A program made the translations under genes and the position numbers. The notes under the pieces were generated by a model. That model searched no databases. It was not told where the DNA came from and was given only the letters and a program-made list of their open reading frames with translations. DNA of 64,000 nt from an uncultured delta proteobacterium. Lineage in GTDB: Bacteria; Desulfobacterota; Binatia; UBA9968. The DNA lies in contig CAVUVW010000014.1 of NCBI GenBank assembly GCA_963745035.1, forward strand, positions 160,001-224,000, in the 5' to 3' direction. Below, in pieces: positions 12,112 to 23,025 of the stretch (within the stretch, counting starts at the first letter, position 1; each line of letters starts with the position of its first letter).

Positions 12112-13505
12112 TATTTTTTGTTTCCTTTCATTTGCCGGCGCTTCTGCTCGGTCCAACCCTCGCGCACTCGTTCTTCGCGGGAGTTATAAACCAGCGCGCC
12201 CGCGGGAATATCGTGGCGCACCGTGCTCGCGGTGGCGACGTAAACGTCGTCGCCGAGCGTGATCGGCGCCACCAGAGTGGTGTCGCTGCCCACCTGCACG
12301 CGGTCGCCGATGGCGGTCTTGTATTTATGAAAGCCGTCGTAATTGCAAGTGATCGTGCCCGCGCCGACATTGGTATCGCGCCCGATGGTGACATCGCCGA
12401 GATAGGTGAGGTGGTTCGCTTTGGTGCCGTCGCCGAGCTTTGCTTCCTTAGTCTCGACGAAGTTGCCGATGTGGACGTTGGCGCCGAGGTCGGTGCCCGG
12501 CCGCAAATGCGCAAACGGCCCGATGATTGCGCCGCGCTCGATTTTGCAACTTGTCAACACAACCGAGAAGCGCAGGTGCACCTCGTCGCCGATCACGGCG
12601 TCGGTCACAAACGCGCTGCCGTCGATCCGGCAGCCCGCGCCGATGACGGTTTGGCCGCAGAGCTGAGTATTTGGCCCGATCACGGTATCTTTGCCGATGA
12701 TGACGCCCTCGTCGATGTACGTGGTGTCGGGGTCTTTCAGCGTCACACCGGCGAGCAGCCATTTCTGATTGATGCGCTGGCGCAAGTTTCTTTCCATCGC
12801 AGCGAGCTCCTCTCGGCTGTTGATCCCCATCATCTCGCCGGGATCTTCGACTCTCAACGTCTCGATCACCCGGCGCTGATCGAGGCCGATCCCGACGATA
12901 TCGGGCAGATAATATTCGCCTTGTTGATTGCTGTTTTTCACCGCGGGCAAGGCGGCGAAGAGAAACGGCGCACAAGCAGCGTAAATCCCGGCATTGACTT
13001 CCGCGATGGCGCGCTGCGCCGCCGTCGCGTCTTTCTCTTCGACAATACCGCTGATGTTTCCCGCGCCGTCGCGCACAATGCGCCCATAGCCTTTGGGGTC
13101 CGGCAATTGCGCCGTGAGCAAGGTGAGCGCGGCGCGCCGGCTGCGGTGGCGCCCGAGCAACTCGCGCAAGGTCTGCTCGCGGATCAACGGCACGTCGCCG
13201 CTCAAGATCAAAATATCGCCGGTGAAATTGTCGAACGCCTGCCGGGCGCACAGCACCGCATGGCCAGTGCCGAGCTGGCGCTCTTGGGTCACCCAAATAA
13301 TTTCAGCCGATGGCTGCGCCTGCCGCACCGCGGCTGCGCCGTGGCCGACGACGACGGCGACGACCCGGGGCGCGAGCCGGCGGACGGTGTCCAGGGCATG
13401 CAAAAAAAGCGGCTTGCCACCGAGCGGGTGCAGCACCTTCGGCACTTCGGATTTCATCCGGGTTCCCTGCCCGGCAGCGAGTAGAATAACGCCCAAGTCC
13501 GGCAT
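12111..13505 (-). CDS. glmU: Bifunctional UDP-GlcNAc pyrophosphorylase / glucosamine-1-P acetyltransferase
   Basis: [24 protein letters not shown], hexapeptide repeats, NYDG. Confidence 0.96.
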
Positions 13506-13714
13506 AGCGCAGATCCACGAAACGAAAATTAGGATTATAGAGGAACTTGCGTATCAATCCAATCGACAAAACCACCTGGGATCGAGCATCGCAGCCAACA
13601 TGGCGGGTAAAAACACCGGCTTGAAAAATCCTTGTCAGCTCCGGCGATTTCGACTACAAAAAGAGTACGGCAGTCGTCAACTCTTCGCCGTCGCCACCCA
13701 TGGAGGACCATCCG

Positions 13715-13876
13715 GTGAAACGTTCCGAGTCAGCCCCGTCTGAAACCGAAGCCGAGGGAAATTGGTGGGACTACTGCCCGATTTGCAACGCCCGGCTGAT
13801 CAATCAAAAGTGTAGATACGTCTGCTCCGATCCGAAATGTAATTTCTTCATGAGCTGCAGTGAATTCGATCTTTGA
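13715..13876 (+). CDS. Cys-rich zinc-finger microprotein (53 aa)
   Basis: Below the ORF-track cutoff. GGAGG RBS then GTG; ...WWDYCPICNARLINQKCRYVCSDPKCNFFMSCSEFDL*. Alternative ATG at 13700. Confidence 0.75.
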   Translation: MKRSESAPSETEAEGNWWDYCPICNARLINQKCRYVCSDPKCNFFMSCSEFDL

Positions 13877-13925
13877 GATTCCCGGCGCGCTGGCCATCTG
13901 GAAAAGACTGCGGTAGAAAATGCAC

Positions 13926-14654
13926 ATGGCGAAAACCGCTGGCATCGTGGTCATCGGCAACGAGGTTCTGTCGGGCAAGACTCAGGACATCAACTCGCAT
14001 TTTTTCTGCGCCGAGCTACGCCGCCTCGGGGTCGAAGTGCGAAAAATCGCGACCATCCAAGATGAAATCGCGCTCATCGGCGGCGAGGTCGCGGCGTTCT
14101 CCGCGCGCTACGACTACGTTTTCACATCAGGCGGCGTCGGGCCGACCCACGACGACGTTACGATCGAAGGCATCGCCCACGGTTTCGGTCTCCCGGTTGT
14201 CCGCCACCCGGACATCGAGCGACGCATGCGCCAGCGCTTCGGCGGCGACGTGAACGAAGCGCGGCTGCGCATGGCCAACGTGCCGGAAGGCGCCAAGCTG
14301 CTCGCCACCGAGGCGCTGTTTGCGCCGATCATCAATATCCGCAACGTTTATATTTTTCCGGGCATACCGTCGATTCTTCAGGAGCGCTTTCACGCCATCA
14401 AAGAAATGTTTCGCGACGCGCCGTATTATTTGAAAAACGTCTACGTGCGCTACGGCGAGGGAGTTATCGCCGAGATGCTGAACGGTGTCTTGGCGAGATT
14501 TCCCCACCTCCTGCTGGGCTCGTACCCGGTCCTCGATGTCGCCGAGTACAAAGTCAAAGTCACTCTGGAGTCCAAGGACTCCGCCTACCTCGATCAGGCG
14601 CTCCATTCCTTTCTCGCTTCTCTTCCCGAGGACGCCGTCCACCGCATCGACTGA
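13926..14654 (+). CDS. CinA-N / molybdopterin-binding domain protein
   Basis: IGNEVLSGKTQDIN, SGGVGPTHDDVT, FPGIP, LGSYP. Confidence 0.85.
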   Translation: MAKTAGIVVIGNEVLSGKTQDINSHFFCAELRRLGVEVRKIATIQDEIALIGGEVAAFSARYDYVFTSGGVGPTHDDVTIEGIAHGFGLPVVRHPDIERRMRQRFGGDVNEARLRMANVPEGAKLLATEALFAPIINIRNVYIFPGIPSILQERFHAIKEMFRDAPYYLKNVYVRYGEGVIAEMLNGVLARFPHLLLGSYPVLDVAEYKVKVTLESKDSAYLDQALHSFLASLPEDAVHRID

Positions 14655-14662
14655 ACTAAAAA

Positions 14663-16103
14663 ATGGCGGATCATTCTTCCTGGGGAGTGCTGCCGCCGTA
14701 CAAGACTGCGCCGCTGCCGCCGCTGCCGGGTTTGTGGCGCGCGCTCGGTCCCGGCGTGATTTTCATGGCGCTGGCCCAAGGCAGCGGCGAGCTGATTTTC
14801 TGGCCCTACACGATCGCCAAATACGGCCTCGCGTTTCTTTTCCTCCTCCTGCCCGCCTGCCTGCTGCAGGTTCCGATCATTTATGAGATCGGCCGCTACA
14901 CGCTTTTGACCGGCGAAAGCATCTTTCAAGGCTTCATCCGCTTGAACCGCTATTTTGCTTTTTTTCTGTGGCTCTTGATGACGCTGTCGTTTCTCTGGTT
15001 CGGCGCCTTCGCCGCCGCCGGCGGCACTTCGCTGGCCGCGCTCACCGATTTGCCCGCCGGCTGGCCGCGCCAGCACCAGAGCCTTTTCTGGGCCTATCTC
15101 TCGATGGCGGTTTTTCTCGTCGCTATCCTGCTCAGCAGAGTGATTTATCGCCTGATCGAAGTATTCATGTGGGGCGTCGCGCTGTTCACCTTGCTCGGCC
15201 TTTTCTGGGCTTCGGCCAATGTGGAAGTTCTCAGCGTCTTGCCCGCTTTTTTGCGCGGGCTGGTTTTTCCCGAGTGGCCGATGCCGCGGCCGTGGGATCC
15301 GGCCGATGCGACCAGGCTCCTGACCGCGGTGACCTTCGCCGGCCTCGGCGGATTCTGGACGCTCTTCTACTCCTACTGGCTGCGCGACAAAGGGTCGGCG
15401 ATGGCGTTTTACATGGGCAGAATGACCGGCCCGATCACCGGCAAGCCGGAATCGATGTCCGATGTCGGCGCCGTGCCGAGCCGGGATGAGGGCCTCGCTC
15501 ACCTGCCGGCATGGCGTCGCTTCCTGTTTTGCGACATCAGCATCGGCGTCGCCGGCAATATCGTCACCACCCTGCTCACCTGCCTGCTCGCCTATGCGCT
15601 GCTCTATCCCAAAGGCCTGTTGCCGCAGAACTACGAGATCGCGGTGGTCCAGAGCCGCTTTTTCGAGGCCAGTTGGGGCTGGTGGGGAAAAGTTTTTTTC
15701 TTGATCATCGCCGCGGCGTTTCTCTCGGATACCTGGCTCGCCACCGTGGATGCGGTGAGCCGCATCCACACCGATTGCGTCTACGGCTTTTTTCCCAAAG
15801 CGCGCGCGCTGCCCTACCGCAAATGGTACCTGTTTTTTCTGCTCCTGCTGACGCTGATTACTTCCGCCACCATGCAGCTCGACGAGCCCGGCGCGCTGAT
15901 TCTCATCTCCGCCGTGATCGGCTTTCTCGGCACGGTGATCTATTCCATCGCCTTGATCGTGCTCAATCACGTTTACCTGCCGCGCTGGTTGCCCGCGCTC
16001 GCCCGCCCCGGGAGAACAAGTCTGATTTTTCTGATCATCTCCTGCGTCGCCTATCTCAGCCCTCGCCGTTCTCTACTTGCTGACTTTAATGGGGGCTATT
16101 TAA
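14663..16103 (+). CDS. Nramp/APC-superfamily membrane transporter (probable indel near 16060)
   Basis: GPGVIFMALAQGSGELIFWP and many TM helices. The last TM continues in a shifted frame (LAVLYLLTLMGAI*). Confidence 0.72.
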
Positions 16104-16400
16104 ACTCTCAGACGATGGATCATTAGAGTAAATGCGATCTTCCCGCGGGGCGCGATCCTGGAGTCGTGAAGATACCCCAAGCGTGCAGCCGCAAAGTCTC
16201 TCACGACTTGGCATCCATCTCGACATCGGACGATGATTCTCCATAAACCACTGGTGATCACAATCCATTCAGAGCAGTGAAGCATTGTCTTCACGTGGAA
16301 GAGATGCGCCCCGCGGACTCCAATTTTGGATTGAGCGCCGCGCTCGATGGATTTGCCGGGGCCAAGCTGCTACCGTGGTAAAAATTTTGGAGAACTTTCC

Positions 16401-17051
16401 GTGAGCGAAATTCTCAATTGGATCATGGAATCCATCCGCGCCCATGGCGCGTGGAGCGTTTTCGTCGGCGTGATCATCGAATCGGTGATCGTGCCGATCC
16501 CGTCGCCTCTGATCATCATGGGCGCGGGCTTCGTGCTGATCAGCCCGCAGTTGTCCTTTGTTCAGGCGTTGCTGCCGATCATGCTGCAAATCGTGTTGCC
16601 CGGCGCCATCGCTTCCACATTGGGCGCCTACATCGGCTACGCCATCGGCTATCTCGGCGGCAAGCCGATGGTCGATCGCTGGGAAAAGTTTCTGGGATTT
16701 AGCTGGAAAGATGTGGAAGCGCTCGAACGTCGCTTTCAAAGCGGCCAGATCAATACTTTGATTTTTTTTCTTCGCGCGCTGCCGGTTTTTCCGCTTTCGG
16801 TGATTTCAGCGGCGGCAGGCTTGCTGCGCTTGCCGCTCGGCAAATTCAGCCTCTGGACTTTTTACGGCGCCATTCCGCGCTGCTTGTTTCTTGGTTATCT
16901 CGGTTGGGGCCTGGGCGAAACCTATCAGGGCATGGCCAAAGGACTCGACAGGGCGGAAGGCATCGTTTCCGCGGTTCTGATTCTGGCAATCATCGGCGCG
17001 ATCCTTTGGCTCCGCGCTCGCGTACGCGGCAAACTGCTGGACAACGGCTAG
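16401..17051 (+). CDS. DedA-family membrane protein
   Basis: IESVIVPIPS, GYAIGYLGG, FFLRALP, ISAAAG. Confidence 0.88.
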   Translation: MSEILNWIMESIRAHGAWSVFVGVIIESVIVPIPSPLIIMGAGFVLISPQLSFVQALLPIMLQIVLPGAIASTLGAYIGYAIGYLGGKPMVDRWEKFLGFSWKDVEALERRFQSGQINTLIFFLRALPVFPLSVISAAAGLLRLPLGKFSLWTFYGAIPRCLFLGYLGWGLGETYQGMAKGLDRAEGIVSAVLILAIIGAILWLRARVRGKLLDNG

Positions 17052-17755
17052 AAAATTCCTAGCTCCGAACCGATCTCCCAACCCAACCAAAGCCCGAAAA
17101 CCACGCTGGCGACTCCGGCGAAGACGCGGATGGAGCGGTTCATCGCGGCAAAGCGCTGCGCCGTCAAGACGAACGGCAAGCTGATGATGCCGCTCAGCAA
17201 AAGCATGCCGCCCACCGAGCCCAAGCCGAAGATTACGATGTAGAGCAGCGCGCCGAGCGGCGACTCGATCGTCGAAAGCACGAGCAGCATGAGCGCGGCG
17301 CTGCCCGCCAAGCCGTGCACCATGCCGACGACGAACGGCCGGCGCATCGCCTGAAACGGATGGGTGTGGGCGTGGTCCTGCCTGGGATTGTCATGGACGT
17401 GAAAATGGGTGTGCGTCTGCGGACTGTGGCTGTGCGTGTGCAAGTGAACTTGCTCGGCGAATGTTTTGCGCAAAACGTTGATGCCGAGAACGATCAACAT
17501 CGCGGCGACCAAAAGCTCCAGTGCGCCGGCGACGTGCGGCGGGATCGTCAATCTCAGCCCGATGACCAGCAAACCGACGAGGAACAAGGTGGTCGTGTGG
17601 CCCAAACCCCAGAAGGCGCCGATCAGCGACGCCCATTTAAAGCTCTTCTGCTCGCTGACGATCGTTGAAACAGCGATCAAATGATCCGGGTCGAGCGCGT
17701 GCTGGATGCCCAACAGCAGGCCTAGCCCAAAAGCTGCAACCAGAGAGGATTCCAT
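17048..17755 (-). CDS. UreH/NiCoT-like nickel/cobalt transporter
   Basis: HALDPDHL, WGLGH, His-rich loop, GMVHGLAGS. Confidence 0.85.
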   Translation of the reverse strand: MESSLVAAFGLGLLLGIQHALDPDHLIAVSTIVSEQKSFKWASLIGAFWGLGHTTTLFLVGLLVIGLRLTIPPHVAGALELLVAAMLIVLGINVLRKTFAEQVHLHTHSHSPQTHTHFHVHDNPRQDHAHTHPFQAMRRPFVVGMVHGLAGSAALMLLVLSTIESPLGALLYIVIFGLGSVGGMLLLSGIISLPFVLTAQRFAAMNRSIRVFAGVASVVFGLWLGWEIGSELGIF

Positions 17756-17861
17756 AGCTGGTAAAAACTTGCCCCGGCCGACTGTCGGCCCGGCGACACT
17801 TCAACTCACGATAAGTCCGGCGAAAATTACGCGTCGAGAGCGCGCGGGCGGAGGATTAAAG

Positions 17862-18293
17862 TCAGCGATCCGTCAATGGCTGGCCGGTCTGCGTGCCGAT
17901 CCACACCTCGCCCCCCTCGTAGACTTCCTTCTTCCAGATCGGCACGGTTTTTTTGATTTCCTCGATAGCAAACCGGCTGGCGGCAAACGCCGCGTCCCGG
18001 TGCGCCGATGACACCGCGATGATCACGCTGGCCTCGCCGATCCGCACCGGCCCGAGCCGGTGCACGATCGCCATCCGGCAGATCGGCCATCGCTTGGCGG
18101 CGTCCGCGCCGATGCGCGCCAGCTCCTTTTCCGCCATTTCCGGGTAGGCTTCATAGTCGAGGGCGATCACTTTGCGGCCTTCGTTGTTGTTGCGCGTCGT
18201 GCCGATGAAAGGCACGATGGCGCCGGCCTCCGGATCGCCCACGTAGCGCACCAGCTCAGCCAAATCGATGGGATCGTTGGTTACCCGAAACAC
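17862..18293 (-). CDS. moaE: Molybdopterin synthase catalytic subunit
   Basis: LDYEAYPEMA, HRLG, SSAHR, VPIWKKE. Confidence 0.95.
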   Translation of the reverse strand: MFRVTNDPIDLAELVRYVGDPEAGAIVPFIGTTRNNNEGRKVIALDYEAYPEMAEKELARIGADAAKRWPICRMAIVHRLGPVRIGEASVIIAVSSAHRDAAFAASRFAIEEIKKTVPIWKKEVYEGGEVWIGTQTGQPLTDR

Positions 18294-18299
18294 GATCTC

Positions 18300-18545
18300 T
18301 CAACCTCCGCTTACCGGCGGCACGAACACCACCTCGTCGTTGTCTCTGAGCTCGTGATCGCGGCTGACATAGTTCTGGTTGACCGCGTAGAGAAGGCGAA
18401 TGCCGGGCACGTCGAGCTTGGGATACTCCCGCTGCAAAGCGCGCCAGAGATCGGCCACCGTGCTGCCCTCGGCGATTTCTTTCGCGACCTCCGCCGCCCC
18501 GGCGCGCTCGCGCAGGATGGCAAAGAATTTGATTCGCACCTTCAT
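18300..18545 (-). CDS. moaD: Molybdopterin synthase sulfur carrier
   Basis: AVNQNY, C-terminal PPVSGG. Confidence 0.95.
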   Translation of the reverse strand: MKVRIKFFAILRERAGAAEVAKEIAEGSTVADLWRALQREYPKLDVPGIRLLYAVNQNYVSRDHELRDNDEVVFVPPVSGG

Positions 18546-19048
18546 TGCCCCTGGAGCTGAGAGACCATGTGGCGGATTTCGGGCAGGATCAATTTCTCCA
18601 TCGCCAGGGTGACCGCGCCCCTCGATCCGGGTAGCGAGATGAGGATTTTGCCGCGCGCGCTTCCGGCGGCCGCCCGGCTCATGATCGCTGCCGACCCGAT
18701 GTCGAGATAGCTCAAATAGCGGAAGACTTCGCCGAAGCCGTCGAGCTTCTTCTCCAGAAAGCGCCCGACGACCTCATAAGTCCCGTCCCGCGGCGCGATG
18801 CCGGTGCCGCCGTTGACGATCACAGCATCGACATCGGCGCGCGCAAGCGCTTGTTCGAGCAACCTGTGGATTTGCGACGGCTCGTCTTTGACGATCTGGT
18901 AACCCGCCATTTGGTGGTCGTTATCGGCCAACAATTTCTTGATCGTCTGCCCGCTCGTGTCCGTGCTCTCGTCGCGGGTGTCGCTCACCGTGACGATGAA
19001 ACAACGGATGCTCTTCTTCCCTTTTTCTTTATGCTCTTGAACCGACAT
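18542..19048 (-). CDS. moaB: Molybdenum cofactor biosynthesis protein MoaB/MogA
   Basis: TVSDTR, DTSG, GGTGIAPRDGT, SRAAAG, LPGS. Confidence 0.9.
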   Translation of the reverse strand: MSVQEHKEKGKKSIRCFIVTVSDTRDESTDTSGQTIKKLLADNDHQMAGYQIVKDEPSQIHRLLEQALARADVDAVIVNGGTGIAPRDGTYEVVGRFLEKKLDGFGEVFRYLSYLDIGSAAIMSRAAAGSARGKILISLPGSRGAVTLAMEKLILPEIRHMVSQLQGQ

Positions 19049-19191
19049 CGCCGCTCTCCCGGATCTCAGCTCGGATCATAGCAACACCTTTCTTGAATTC
19101 AAAGCTCGGGACAGCTCGGCGATTTCGACCGGCGGCGTTGCCAAAACCTCTGCGAGTTGCCGCGAAACGATGTCCAGAATATTATGGGAGC

Positions 19192-20357
19192 ATGACGCGG
19201 CCGCCCTTTTCTCTCTACATTCACATCCCGTATTGCGTCAGCAAGTGCCCTTACTGCGATTTCAATTCCCACGTCGTCGCGGAGATCCCCGAAGCAGGCT
19301 ACATCGACGCCCTACTGCGGGAGCTGGAGCATTACGGCGCGATGGAGGATTGGCGCGAGCGCACAGTGCAAAGCATCTTTTTCGGCGGCGGCACGCCGTC
19401 GACGTTCAAGCCGCAAAGCATCGGCAAGCTGCTCGCCTGGGTGGCGGCGACTTTTCCGATCAATCTCGACTGTGAAATCACCTTGGAAGCCAATCCCGGA
19501 ACGGTCGACAGTGAGAAATTCTTCGGCTATCGCGACGCCGGGGTGAACCGCATCAGCGTCGGCGTGCAGTCGTTTCAACCGAAGCTGCTGCAATTTCTCG
19601 GCCGGATTCACAGCGCCGACGAAGCGCGTAGCGCCCTCGCCATCGTGCGCGAGGCCGGCTTCGAAAACTTTAGCTTGGATTTGATCTACGCCAATCCCGG
19701 CCAAACGCTTGCAAGACCTGGAAGCCGACCTCGACGCGGCGTTGGCATTTCAGCCGCCGCACCTCTCCGCCTACAACCTGACTTTCGAAGAAGGCACGCC
19801 GTTTCACCACGAATATCGCGCCGGCCGGATGAAGTCGCTCGGCGAAGAAGAAGAAATCGCCATGGCCGAGATGATCCAGGAAAAATTATCGGGCGCGGGC
19901 CTCTCGCGCTACGAAATCTCGAATTACGCCCGTCGCGGCTGGCATTCAAGGCACAACGTCAACTACTGGCGCAGCGGCGACTATCTCGGTCTCGGGGCCG
20001 GCGCGCACAGCTACCGAGTCGATGGCTCCAGACCTCCCGCGCGGGCGCCGTTGGAGCAATGAAAAAAACCCCGGACGTTATATGGCGCAGACGCTGGAAG
20101 CGCGCCCCGCCATCGTCGAAACCGAAGCCATCGAATTTGCCAAAGCGGCCGGCGAGTTCATGTTTCTCGGATTGCGCATGACCGAAGGAATCGCCGTGCA
20201 AAAATTCGCCGCGAGGTTCGGCAAGCCGCCGGCGGACTTTTATCCCAAGATTCGCGACTGGGTGGACGGGAGCCTCTTGGAAGAAACCGCCGGCCATCTG
20301 CGCCTGACGCCCAAGGGTCTGCTGGTCGCCAATGCGATCTTTGTCGAATTCCTGTAG
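19192..20357 (+). CDS. hemW: Radical SAM heme chaperone HemW (frameshifts near 19710 and 20030)
   Basis: LYIHIPYCVSKCPYCDFNS, FGGGTPS, YEISNY, HNVNYW, YLGLGAGAHS, FLGLRMTEG across three frames. Confidence 0.88.
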
Positions 20358-20420
20358 CGCCGCTCGTAAAGCTGCCGAAACTACGATAGGTCTTTGCCAA
20401 AAAGAGTATGAGGAGTATCC

Positions 20421-21599
20421 ATGGCCGCAACCATCGACCTGAACACAACCCGCATCGATCACATCGGCAGCCTGGTGCGCCCGGCGAGTCTCAGAGACTC
20501 CTTCGCGCGCCACGACCGCGGACAAATGTCGCGAGAAGATTTTGTGAAGGCGCAGGATGACGCAATCCGCGACGTGATCCGGCAACAGGAAGCGCATGGC
20601 CTTCCCGTCGTGACCGACGGTGAGTTTCGCCGGCACAACTTTCAGGAAAGCTTTTCGCAGTGCGTTACCGGCTTCGACGTGCCCAAGAACATTTCCCTCT
20701 ACTATGAGAAGCGCGATCTCAACGAAAATCCCCTGGAGCGGGCAGAGCAGAACTTTGACGAAGCCGGACCGGCGATCGTCACGCGCCGCGGAACGACGGA
20801 GCGCCTGAGACTGATCCGCAATCTCCCGCTCGAGGAATTTCGCTATGCGCAGAGCGTCGCTAAAGTGCCTGCCAAGATGACGGTGCTCGGTCCCGACCGC
20901 GTCGCCCAGCGTTTTAGATGGGAATCGTCCCTCGGAGTGTACAAGGGTCTCGACGACTTCGTCGATCACGTCGTGGAAATCGAGCGGCAGATCATTGGGG
21001 AGCTAGTCAACGCCGGCTGCAAGTACATTCAAATCGATGCGCCGGGCTACACCGCTTACGTCGATAAGATTTCATTGGAGAGAATGCGTTCCCGCGGCGA
21101 AGATCCGGAAAGAAACTTCCAGCGCTCCATCGATGCCGACAATGCGCTCATTGAAGGTTTTCCTGGCGTGACCTTCGGCATCCACATCTGTCGCGGCAAT
21201 GCCCGCACCATCGACCCCAAAACCGGCAAGCTCGTGCCGCAATGGCATCGCGAAGGCTCCTACGACGCCATCGCCGAAAAACTGTTCAACACGCTCAAAC
21301 ACCAACGGATCCTCCTGGAATACGACAGCGACCGTGCCGGCGGCTTCGAGCCGCTGCGCCTCGTGCCCAAAGACAAACTCATCGTCCTTGGCTTGGTCTC
21401 GACCAAGAATTCCGACATGGAAACCGTGGACGAGTTGAAGAGAAGAATCGATCAGGCGAGTAAATTTGTGCCGTTGGACCAGCTCGCCTTGAGCCCTCAA
21501 TGCGGCTTTGGCGGCATCGATTCAAAGGTTCTCAGCGAAGACGAGATGTGGAAAAAGCTGGATACGATTGTGGAGACCGCGAAGCAGATCTGGCGCTGA
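20421..21599 (+). CDS. Cobalamin-independent methionine synthase II family (catalytic domain only)
   Basis: DHIGSL, TDGEFRR, IQIDAP, IHICRGN, LEYD, LSPQCGF (Zn ligands). Confidence 0.88.
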   Translation: MAATIDLNTTRIDHIGSLVRPASLRDSFARHDRGQMSREDFVKAQDDAIRDVIRQQEAHGLPVVTDGEFRRHNFQESFSQCVTGFDVPKNISLYYEKRDLNENPLERAEQNFDEAGPAIVTRRGTTERLRLIRNLPLEEFRYAQSVAKVPAKMTVLGPDRVAQRFRWESSLGVYKGLDDFVDHVVEIERQIIGELVNAGCKYIQIDAPGYTAYVDKISLERMRSRGEDPERNFQRSIDADNALIEGFPGVTFGIHICRGNARTIDPKTGKLVPQWHREGSYDAIAEKLFNTLKHQRILLEYDSDRAGGFEPLRLVPKDKLIVLGLVSTKNSDMETVDELKRRIDQASKFVPLDQLALSPQCGFGGIDSKVLSEDEMWKKLDTIVETAKQIWR

Positions 21600-21646
21600 T
21601 CGCGAGTTTTGTCATTTACTTCGAGGGAATTCTGAGCGGAAGCTTC

Positions 21647-21925
21647 TCAGCTATCCTGCCTCGCTGCACTTAACCACTCTTCATGCACGTCGACCCAGAT
21701 CGTGTCCTGATCGTGGCAGGTTGAAACCTCGCTCAAATCGAATTTAACCGTGTAGAGCGGCTTGTGGATGCCGCGGTGGTCGCGGACGTTTTCCAGAATG
21801 CCGTGAACCGAACCGATGACGCCGCGTTTGCCGCGGATGTATTTCGGCGTACGCGGATTGCCTGTGGGATTTTCGACGGCGACCATGACTGCGTCGCCGA
21901 TTTTGTATTTGCTGTTGGAGTCCAT
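21647..21925 (-). CDS. SH3-like nitrile hydratase beta C-terminal domain protein (thiocyanate hydrolase alpha-like)
   Basis: KIGDAV...GNPRTPKYIRGKRGVI...PLYTVKF...VDVHEEWL. Confidence 0.85.
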   Translation of the reverse strand: MDSNSKYKIGDAVMVAVENPTGNPRTPKYIRGKRGVIGSVHGILENVRDHRGIHKPLYTVKFDLSEVSTCHDQDTIWVDVHEEWLSAARQDS

Positions 21926-21933
21926 AGCGGTTT

Positions 21934-23009
21934 CTCAATCGGGCCGGACTCTCGGGCGCCTCCGGCGTCGCTCCGGATTTTTCGGCTTCTCGCTGCTGCC
22001 TAGGTTCCAGCGCATAGCCTGCCCCTAACAAACTGTCGACGGTGACGAGCTTGGCTAACTCTTCTTCCGACATTCCCTCCGTACCAGCCGGGCGTTGCGG
22101 CAAAACAAAATAGCGCACGTCGGACGTGCTGTCCCAGACTTGGACTTCTTTATTGGCGGGCAGCTCCAACTGAAACATTTCTTTGGCGCACGCGCGCGGG
22201 TTCTGCACGATCTTAGTTCGGTAGCTTTCGTGTTTGTACCACCACGGCGTGTCGCCGAGGATGTCGTAGGGGTAGCAGGAGCAGAGCGTGCACACGATCA
22301 GGTTGTGGGTCTTGTCGGTATTCTCCACGACGACGAGTTTGCCGACTTTGCCCTGGTGCACGCCCATTTCTCTCAGCGCTTCCCTGCCCGTAGTCAAAAG
22401 TGCGTTTTTGAACTCCGGATCGGTCCACGCTTTGGCGACGATCACGCCGCCGGCCCAGGGGCGTTCTTCATGAAGCTGCTTCCAACGCTGCTCCAAATCC
22501 TCCCGCGTGGCCCAGCCGCGCTTGATCAGCGCCTGGACGAAGACCTCGAGCAGTTCCTGGTAATCCGAGAGATCTTGCTCCAGATTCACCATGCGCTCTT
22601 GCAGCGTGCCGTGGTGTTCTTTTTTTTTGATTTTGAAAAAGTCGTCGTAGTCGCCGCGTTCTTTACGATTGTCCTCTGTCACCATGTCCATCCCTTCGAC
22701 CGTGCGCGCGGAAACCAGAGCGATGCCTTTTACGTATTCATCGAGCCATTCTTCGAGATAGCGCACGCGCGCCTCGACATTCTTGCCTTGCGGCTTCGCG
22801 AGCTTAAAAAAATGGTCTTTCTTCTTGAGCGCCGCGCGAACCTTGAGCAGGTCATAGAACGTCACCACGCCACGGCGCAGCAGATAAATGATGCGCGGCT
22901 CGAAGCGCTTGGCCCGGTAATACTCCAAGTCTTCCTCGACGGCTTTGACGTGCGCTTCGTAGTCGTGCATGTGGCCTTCGAAGGGCTTGTGGCCGTGTTT
23001 TCCCGACAT
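21934..23009 (-). CDS. Cobalt-type nitrile hydratase alpha-like protein with ~150-aa N-terminal extension
   Basis: VAKAWTDPEFK, VVENT, VCTLCSCYP, WDSTSDVRYFVLPQRPAGTEG. Likely true stop is TGA near 21934 after a 1-bp indel; the track ORF reads on to 21744. Confidence 0.85.
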
Positions 23010-23025
23010 GATATTTCCCCCGAAT

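Noticed and set aside
16104-16400. Lower-GC intergenic stretches (also 27990-28330, 43460-43840, 59520-59780) as small genes or ncRNAs
   Set aside because: No convincing RBS, motif or structure by eye; blastx and Rfam searches are needed.
21744-21933. C-terminal extension of the 421-aa NHase-alpha ORF overlapping the SH3 gene
   Set aside because: It is out of frame with the SH3 domain and low-complexity; a 1-bp correction gives a stop just before the SH3 start.
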